Shown here: positions 26,328 to 32,000 of the stretch, piece after piece
Layout: each line of letters starts with the position of its first letter
How positions within the stretch are numbered: position 1 is the first letter of the stretch
Assembly (NCBI RefSeq): GCF_900167395.1
Contig: NZ_FUWK01000033.1
Span: 1-32,000 of the forward strand
Direction of reading: 5' to 3'
DNA from: Nitrosomonas europaea
Lineage (GTDB): Bacteria > Pseudomonadota > Gammaproteobacteria > Burkholderiales > Nitrosomonadaceae
DNA length: 32,000 bases
Notes under the pieces: generated by a model
Database searches by the model: none
Told to the model about the DNA's origin: nothing
What the model saw: only the letters and a program-made list of their open reading frames with translations
Program-made: the position numbers and the translations under genes

Positions 26328-27149
26328 ATGATGAGTCGGGTATCACAAGCGCTTGCGCCCGTTTTATTTTTACCGCACGGTGGCGGGCCGTTACCTGTTC
26401 TGGGTGACAAAGAGCATGAGAAGATGGTCTCCTTTCTGAGAGAAATCGCGACCGAGCTGGGTGAACCGCCAGCAATTCTGATTATCAGTGCCCACTGGGA
26501 AGAGGAACAGGCGACGATAACGAGCAATAGTCAACCTGGAATAATTTATGATTATTATGGATTTCCTGCTGCGGCTTACGAAATTCAATATGCAGCGCCT
26601 GGTCATCCCGGGCTGGCGAATGAAATTTATACCCTGTTGACAGCAAACGGTATTCCGGCGAGACTCGATGAACAACGCGGTTTCGATCACGGGATGTTTG
26701 TACCGCTCAAGCTGATGTTTCCACAAGCCCGGATTCCTTGTGTCCAGTTGTCGTTGTTGAATAACCTGAATCCTCGAATGCATATTGCGCTTGGCAAAGC
26801 CATTACCGCTTTGCGAAGCAGAAATATTCTGATCGTCGGTTCAGGCATGTCATTTCACAATTTGAAAGCATTTTTCTCGAGCACGGTTGATGGCCGCGGA
26901 GAAAATGAGGCATTTGACAACTGGCTGATTGAAACATGCACCCATCCGGCAATTGCGCCCGAAATGCGTGAACAGCGGTTGATCGAGTGGGAAAAGGCGC
27001 CTTTTGCCCGATTCTGTCATCCAAGAGAAGAACACTTGTTGCCATTGCATGTCTGCTATGGTGTCGCTTGTGTCGATACCCCGACAGCACGGACTGTATT
27101 CAACGGAGAAATCATGGGCAGGAAAGTAACGAGCTTTCTCTGGCAGTAG
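26328..27149 (+). CDS. Class III extradiol ring-cleavage dioxygenase (YgiD / 4,5-DOPA dioxygenase-like)
   Basis: FLPHGGGPLPVLG...ILIISAHWE...IYDYYGFP...FDHGMFVPL...GSGMSFHNL...EHLLPLHV carries the His ligands typical of LigB-type/YgiD proteins. Start at ATG 26328 or 26331 rather than 26274. Confidence 0.8.
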   Translation: MMSRVSQALAPVLFLPHGGGPLPVLGDKEHEKMVSFLREIATELGEPPAILIISAHWEEEQATITSNSQPGIIYDYYGFPAAAYEIQYAAPGHPGLANEIYTLLTANGIPARLDEQRGFDHGMFVPLKLMFPQARIPCVQLSLLNNLNPRMHIALGKAITALRSRNILIVGSGMSFHNLKAFFSSTVDGRGENEAFDNWLIETCTHPAIAPEMREQRLIEWEKAPFARFCHPREEHLLPLHVCYGVACVDTPTARTVFNGEIMGRKVTSFLWQ

Positions 27150-27228
27150 GCTGCTGACGGAATATGCGAATTCAGTATCATCGGCCTGGAACATTTGGAA
27201 TCGTGATGAAACTCAGTGGAGAATCCGT

Positions 27229-27555
27229 ATGAAAAAACTGAAATTAAAAGCCGCGGTATCTGGTTTCCTGTTTACTGCCATATTAATGAACAGTGCATGG
27301 TCGGCACAAGAAGAGAAGCCCGGTACCGGTTTCGCGTGGAAGGATGGTGCAGAAATTTACGCCAAAATCTGTGCTTATTGTCATGAGGCCAATGTCGGGC
27401 CGCAAATTCGTAACCGTGAACTTCCTGCAATCTATATCCGTGCGATCGTTCGTAATGGAAGCCGGGCCATGCCCGCTTTTCGCTCTTCTGAAATCGACGA
27501 TGAATCACTGGCAAAAGTGGCAGATTTCATTTCTCAGAAAGCATCTCAGTATTGA
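27229..27555 (+). CDS. Small periplasmic cytochrome c, PchC-like (cytochrome subunit of p-cresol-methylhydroxylase-type flavocytochromes)
   Basis: Signal peptide, CAYCH, and IVRNGSRAMPAF...DDESLAKVADFI. From memory this resembles the PchC C-terminal region. The gene sits two genes upstream of the flavoprotein. Confidence 0.75.
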   Translation: MKKLKLKAAVSGFLFTAILMNSAWSAQEEKPGTGFAWKDGAEIYAKICAYCHEANVGPQIRNRELPAIYIRAIVRNGSRAMPAFRSSEIDDESLAKVADFISQKASQY

Positions 27556-27570
27556 AGGAGGTCCTGCTCC

Positions 27571-28518
27571 ATGGATGAAACCCGACGTGACTTCATCAAA
27601 GGTATGTTTGCCAGTGGAACTTTCCTGGCTCTTGGTGTGCCCGGAATTGCTCGAGCGGCATCGGTTGGGCCGCTTTTCGACAGCACACGAAATTGCCGGC
27701 TATTATTGGGAAATACCACCGGTGCCGAATCATTTGCAAAAGGTGTGCAGTCTGCCTGTTTCAACCATGGCAGCCGCCATCATGGTGCGTTACCGGTATT
27801 CCGGTTCGAAAGTGAGTTATCAACCGGTTTTTTGCATTTGGTCGATTTGTTGATGCAATCGCGGAATACGCGCTGGATTGCTGTCATGGATCATGCCGAT
27901 GCAGCCATATTTACTGAGCTGATACGAAATTCCGCCGCTCATCTGCTGGCATCAGGCTCACATACTTTTGCAGCCGGTGATCATGCGGCTCTGCCGTTGC
28001 GTCATGTATGGGCTGCGGCATCACCAGCCTACAGTACAGGAGGGTTACTGGCATCGATGCTGGCTCGCGAGCAGTACAGTTTCTCGATTGTCGAACGTTT
28101 TCTCACGCAATCAGCGGGGGAAAGTATAGAAAATGCTGCACTATCTCTCCCGGAATTTTTGCCGTATCACCGGGCTGATCAGCCTGTAACCCGTTTGTAT
28201 TGTGCTGGTGTACCGCTTCCGGAAGCCGGCCGGCTGCTCGGCTGGGAAACATCAAAAAATCAGGAATCCTTATTTTCCCGGACCATTGCCTCTACTGCCA
28301 GCCGGAATGAAACAGCAGGTAGTACGACAGTTGAATATCCGCAATCCGGTGACTGGGTTGAAGCTACCGGTTATGCAGTTGCAGCAGCTGCACTGGGGAT
28401 GAAAATAAACCGGGAATCATGTTCTGAGCGCGCATTCGTATATCGGTCAGGCCAGGGTCATCCGGATCATAAAGGGTTGTCGGGAGTAAATTTCGCCTCA
28501 TTTGTAATCGACGTGTAG
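27571..28518 (+). CDS. Tat-signal protein of unknown function (in the position of pchX)
   Basis: Consensus twin-arginine leader MDETRRDFIKGMFASGTFLALGVPGIARA-AS. No cofactor motif recognised. The SD AAGGAGG lies 9 nt upstream. The gene is tightly packed between the cytochrome and flavoprotein genes. Confidence 0.7.
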   Translation: MDETRRDFIKGMFASGTFLALGVPGIARAASVGPLFDSTRNCRLLLGNTTGAESFAKGVQSACFNHGSRHHGALPVFRFESELSTGFLHLVDLLMQSRNTRWIAVMDHADAAIFTELIRNSAAHLLASGSHTFAAGDHAALPLRHVWAAASPAYSTGGLLASMLAREQYSFSIVERFLTQSAGESIENAALSLPEFLPYHRADQPVTRLYCAGVPLPEAGRLLGWETSKNQESLFSRTIASTASRNETAGSTTVEYPQSGDWVEATGYAVAAAALGMKINRESCSERAFVYRSGQGHPDHKGLSGVNFASFVIDV

Positions 28519-28530
28519 GGAGAATACAGT

Positions 28531-30075
28531 ATGGCCAGTAAATATATTGCATTGCCGAAAGGAGTATCAGAAAAAGATTTCGAGGCGGCTGTCGGTCATT
28601 TTCGCGGAATATTGGGCGATGACGCCGTACTCACCAGTGCGGAACAGCTTATACCCTATACCAAGACCATGATGCCGGTTCCTGATGCCGAGCATACGCC
28701 CTCCATCGCATTGCTGGCGACAACGGTTGAACAGATCCAGAAAATCGTTGCGGTTTGTAATCAGTACAAGATACCGGTCTGGACGATTTCCACCGGCAAA
28801 AATTTAGGTTATGGTTCGGCAGCTCCGGCGGAGCGCGGTCAGATAGTGCTCGATCTCAAACGTATGAATCGTATCCTCGAAGTGGATAAGGATCTGGCCT
28901 TTGCCCTGGTTGAGCCCGGGGTGACGTACCAGCAGCTCTACGATTACATCAAAGAACATAAACTGGGTCTGTGGTTATCCATGCCTGCGCCTTCAGCCAT
29001 TGCCGGGCCGGTTGGTAATACGCTGGATCGTGGTGTCGGGTATACACCCTATGGAGAACATTTTCTGTTCGCTTGCGGTATGGAAGTGGTGCTTGCCAAT
29101 GGTGAAGTGCTGCGCACGGGGATGGGATCGATGCCTAACTCTAATACCTGGCAGGTATTCAAATGGGGGTATGGCCCCTATCTGGATGGTATTTTTACGC
29201 AGTCCAACTATGGCATCGTTACCAAATTCGGATTCTGGCTGATGCCTGAACCCCCGGCGTTCAAGCCATTCGTGATTCAATACGAACATGAAGAAGACAT
29301 CGTGGAAATCGTGGAAACGATCCGCCCGCTGCGTATCAGTGGAGTCATTCCAAATGCAGTCGTTATTGCACATGCGCTGTATGAAGCACCTGTGAAAGCG
29401 CGGCGGGGTGATTATGTGAGCGGACCGGGTTCGATTCCGGATGAGGCCGTTTACCGGATTATGAAAGATCATAAACTCGGGATCTGGAATGTGTATGCGG
29501 CGCTCTATGGCACGCAGGAACAGATTGATGTGAACTGGAAGATCGTGACACAGGCATTTGGTCAGTCGGGCAAGGCCAAAATCCTGACAGAGCAGGAAGC
29601 GGCAAATGATCCTGCATTTGCTTATCGCACCAAGCTCATGCGTGGAGAAATGACATTGACAGAATTTTCGCTGTATAACTGGCGTGGAGGTGGCGGGTCG
29701 ATGTGGTTCGCACCTGTTTCCCAGGCGCGAGGAAGCGAAACACTCAAGCAGATGGCGCTGACCAAGCAGATTCTTGCCAAGTACGGGCTGGATTATTCCG
29801 GTGAATTTATCGTCGGGATGCGTGATATGCACCATATCGTCGATGTCTTGTACGACAAGACCGATGCAGAGCAAACGAAAGCAGCCTATCAGTGTTTTGA
29901 CGAGTTACTGACCGAATTTTCTGCACGAGGGTATGGAATTTATCGTGTCAATACGGCGTTCATGGATAAGGTGGCTGAAACCTATGGCCCGGTACAGAGA
30001 AATATTCACAGAACACTTAAAAAGGCGCTGGATCCTAACGGGATCCTGGCACCGGGAAAATCAGGCATTCGTTGA
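28531..30075 (+). CDS. FAD-linked oxidase of the VAO/PCMH family, PchF-like flavoprotein subunit
   Basis: FAD-binding PCMH-type domain (PVWTISTGKNLGYG, VEPGVTYQQL) and a cap domain with LYNWRGGGGSMWFAPV. Tyr382 sits about where the FAD-linked Tyr384 of PchF is expected. There is no N-terminal signal peptide. Confidence 0.85.
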   Translation: MASKYIALPKGVSEKDFEAAVGHFRGILGDDAVLTSAEQLIPYTKTMMPVPDAEHTPSIALLATTVEQIQKIVAVCNQYKIPVWTISTGKNLGYGSAAPAERGQIVLDLKRMNRILEVDKDLAFALVEPGVTYQQLYDYIKEHKLGLWLSMPAPSAIAGPVGNTLDRGVGYTPYGEHFLFACGMEVVLANGEVLRTGMGSMPNSNTWQVFKWGYGPYLDGIFTQSNYGIVTKFGFWLMPEPPAFKPFVIQYEHEEDIVEIVETIRPLRISGVIPNAVVIAHALYEAPVKARRGDYVSGPGSIPDEAVYRIMKDHKLGIWNVYAALYGTQEQIDVNWKIVTQAFGQSGKAKILTEQEAANDPAFAYRTKLMRGEMTLTEFSLYNWRGGGGSMWFAPVSQARGSETLKQMALTKQILAKYGLDYSGEFIVGMRDMHHIVDVLYDKTDAEQTKAAYQCFDELLTEFSARGYGIYRVNTAFMDKVAETYGPVQRNIHRTLKKALDPNGILAPGKSGIR

Positions 30076-30126
30076 CTGTATTTGTTCTTTGTACAAGAAA
30101 TGACCATCTCAAAGCGAGGAGTACAG

Positions 30127-31242
30127 ATGAGACGAATCAGGGCTGCAGTGGTTTACCAGAAAGGCGGGCCTTTTCAGATCGAAGATCTGAGGCTGGAAGC
30201 GCCGCGTACCGATGAGGTGCTGGTACGCATCGTAGCGACCGGGATGTGTCATACCGACATGGTGGCTCGTGACCAGCTTTATGATGTACCGCTACCGGTA
30301 GTCCTCGGGCATGAAGGTTCAGGTATCGTTGAACAGATCGGTGATGGTGTAAGAAAAGTGGCAGTTGGTAACCATGTTGTACTTACCTATATGTGGTGCG
30401 GTCATTGCAAACCCTGCCTGCGTGGCGATCTGACCTACTGCGAGCATTTTTATGCGCTGAATTTCGGGGGAGTACGTGAAGACGGCAGTACTTCGACCTG
30501 TCTGGCAAACGACACCCGGAGACCGATTCACGATCATTTTTTTGGACAATCATCATTTGGCACATTTGCTCTGGTGCATGAACGCAATGTGATCAAAGTA
30601 CCCGAAACTGCACCACTGGAACTACTTGGGCCATTGGGTTGCGGCATTCAGACGGGTGCCGGGGCGGTCATTAATACACTTAAAGTCAGCCCGGGCAGCA
30701 GTTTTGTAGCATTCGGCGGGGGTGCGGTAGGATTGAGTGCGGTGATGGCGGCACATGCTGCCGGTGCTACGACAATCATTTCTGTCGATGTAGTTCCTTC
30801 ACGCTTGGCGCTGGCAATGGAACTTGGCGCGACCCATACCATCAACAGTCGTGAAACGGATCCTGTTGAAGCGGTTCACAAGATTATTAATGGAGGGGCT
30901 GATTTCACTTTGGAATCGAGTGGACGCCCGGCCGTATTGCGCCAGGCCATCGATGCACTGGCGATCCGGGGGACATGCGGTATCGTCGGCGCGCCTGCAC
31001 TGGGTACTGAGGCGAGTTTCGATGTTAACGGCGTAATGACGACAGGCAAGCGCATCATCGGGATCGTCGAAGGGGACAGTAAGCCGGACCTTTTCATCCC
31101 GGCACTGGTCGAGCTCTACCAGCAAGGGAAATTTCCTTTCGACAGGCTGGTGAAGTTTTATTCCCTCGATCAGATCAATCAGGCTGCCGAGGATAGTGAA
31201 AAGGGCATCACGATCAAGCCGATCATCCGGTTGCAGTCATAG
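30127..31242 (+). CDS. Zn-dependent aryl/benzyl-alcohol dehydrogenase (MDR family)
   Basis: GMCHTD, GHEGSGIV, structural-Zn Cys cluster CGHCKPCLRGDLTYC, Rossmann GGGAVGLS. ATG 30127 is preceded by GAGGAG; TTG 30082 is unlikely. Confidence 0.85.
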   Translation: MRRIRAAVVYQKGGPFQIEDLRLEAPRTDEVLVRIVATGMCHTDMVARDQLYDVPLPVVLGHEGSGIVEQIGDGVRKVAVGNHVVLTYMWCGHCKPCLRGDLTYCEHFYALNFGGVREDGSTSTCLANDTRRPIHDHFFGQSSFGTFALVHERNVIKVPETAPLELLGPLGCGIQTGAGAVINTLKVSPGSSFVAFGGGAVGLSAVMAAHAAGATTIISVDVVPSRLALAMELGATHTINSRETDPVEAVHKIINGGADFTLESSGRPAVLRQAIDALAIRGTCGIVGAPALGTEASFDVNGVMTTGKRIIGIVEGDSKPDLFIPALVELYQQGKFPFDRLVKFYSLDQINQAAEDSEKGITIKPIIRLQS

Positions 31243-32000
31243 ATTTTATACTTCACCTCCTGCCTCGTAAATCTGCACGAAATCTGGAAATCGACGCCTT
31301 TGCGGCGTGTTTCTCCCAGGTTCTGCGTTGCATTGGCGCTCGGCAGGTTGGCGACCTCGGCAGTGGCATCCTGCTGCCAGAGCGCGATTCGGGCTTCTGT
31401 CCGCTTAGTCAGACGGAACTTGGTGCCCAGTTCGATGCCGGTATTGATTGACGGCTTGATTTCAGCAGTACCAGTAGTCAGGTAGGCCGGTGAGCGGGAT
31501 CCGGTGACGATCTGGAAGGTACGTCCCCAGTTGCCATAGACGCTGAAGGCTGCCGACGGACTATATACGATGCTCAGCTTGGGCTGGTTGATCCAGTCGT
31601 AATCTTGCAAGGGATAGGTCTGTCCGGTCGCGTTGAGCGTGGTGTGTCCCTTGAACGTGTCAGTTCGGATCGCTGGTACGATCTTCCAGGATCTACCCGG
31701 TTTGATGACTGCCTGAACGTAGGCGCCGAAGTTGTCGAGGGTATAGCTGTCGTCGTTGGCTGTCGAGGCAGGTGTGGAGAAATTTATCGGCTCGGCATAG
31801 GCGTAACGATAGCGACGATAGCGGTTGTTCTGGTGTTCGTAGTTGAAGCCGCCCTCGATGGCGATTTGCTCGTTAGCCTGCCAAGTCAGTGTGTTGATCC
31901 AGCCCAGGTGTTTCTCGTTCCATAGGCGGCGTTGGCGTGGCAGGGTACTGCCTGAGTAGCTGCTGTAGGTGACATGACGATCATCATTGATGCTGTTGTA
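31179..32000 (-). pseudogene. TonB-dependent receptor, barrel fragment; the N-terminus lies beyond the window and the C-terminal 120-140 aa or so are missing
   Basis: My hand translation shows the minus-strand frame open from 32000 to the stop at 31179, with barrel-like sequence (...NYEHQNNRYRRYRYAYAEP...YSPSAAFSVYGNWGRTFQ...GETRRKGVDFQIS). After the RGxE/D-type motif the reading turns into unrelated sequence that overlaps the ADH 3' end by 64 nt. It ends ...SLSSAA instead of the terminal aromatic residue. Confidence 0.55.

Noticed and set aside
31272-31281. 10-mer tctgcacgaa at the receptor/ADH junction, identical to part of the 19-bp arm of the 12972-13241 element
   Set aside because: A single 10-mer match in 64 kb of two-strand sequence is within chance expectation (a few percent), and the flanks diverge quickly. 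This is not enough to claim the repeat family mediated the truncation.
1-32000. Scan for CRISPR arrays, tRNA/rRNA genes and long dispersed direct repeats
   Set aside because: No regularly spaced short repeats, no cloverleaf-like or rRNA-like segments, and no intergenic region large enough apart from 12341-13297 and 1681-2010. Neither of those has array-like periodicity. An eye scan could still miss short or degenerate elements.

Overview
This is a chromosomal window of roughly 50% G+C judged by eye. The gene content looks betaproteobacterial; a Nitrosomonas-like origin is my unverified impression. It carries about 30 genes.

Left edge: the 3' part of an IS5-family transposase is followed by a GC-rich two-gene insert. 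The insert holds a stand-alone HEPN protein whose ORF is bracketed by a perfect 13-bp inverted repeat, and a cold-shock-domain/DUF1294 membrane protein. I rank this as the best candidate for an undescribed system.

The rest of the window, in order:
- yraN, an ABC exporter and rsmI.
- An AraC regulator divergent from a 1199-aa autotransporter with ten tandem repeats of about 50 aa.
- A tightly coupled three-gene membrane operon: a small TM protein, a HicB-fold protein and an extended YeiH-family transporter.
- A non-coding gap of about 950 bp with a near-consensus Fur box on a good promoter, and a 270-bp element with 19-bp perfect terminal inverted repeats.
- A PEP-CTERM protein, pyrC, an OmpR-type regulator with its histidine kinase, a degenerate Fur paralogue and a TonB-dependent receptor.
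- Overlapping selD-selU, uup, two monohaem cytochromes c and a DUF1841 protein.
- A p-cresol-methylhydroxylase-like flavocytochrome cluster: a YgiD-like dioxygenase, cytochrome c, a Tat-signal protein, an FAD flavoprotein and a Zn-ADH. This cluster runs straight into a 3'-truncated TonB-dependent receptor gene.

I saw no rRNA, tRNA or CRISPR array. All family assignments come from motif recognition by eye; no searches were run.
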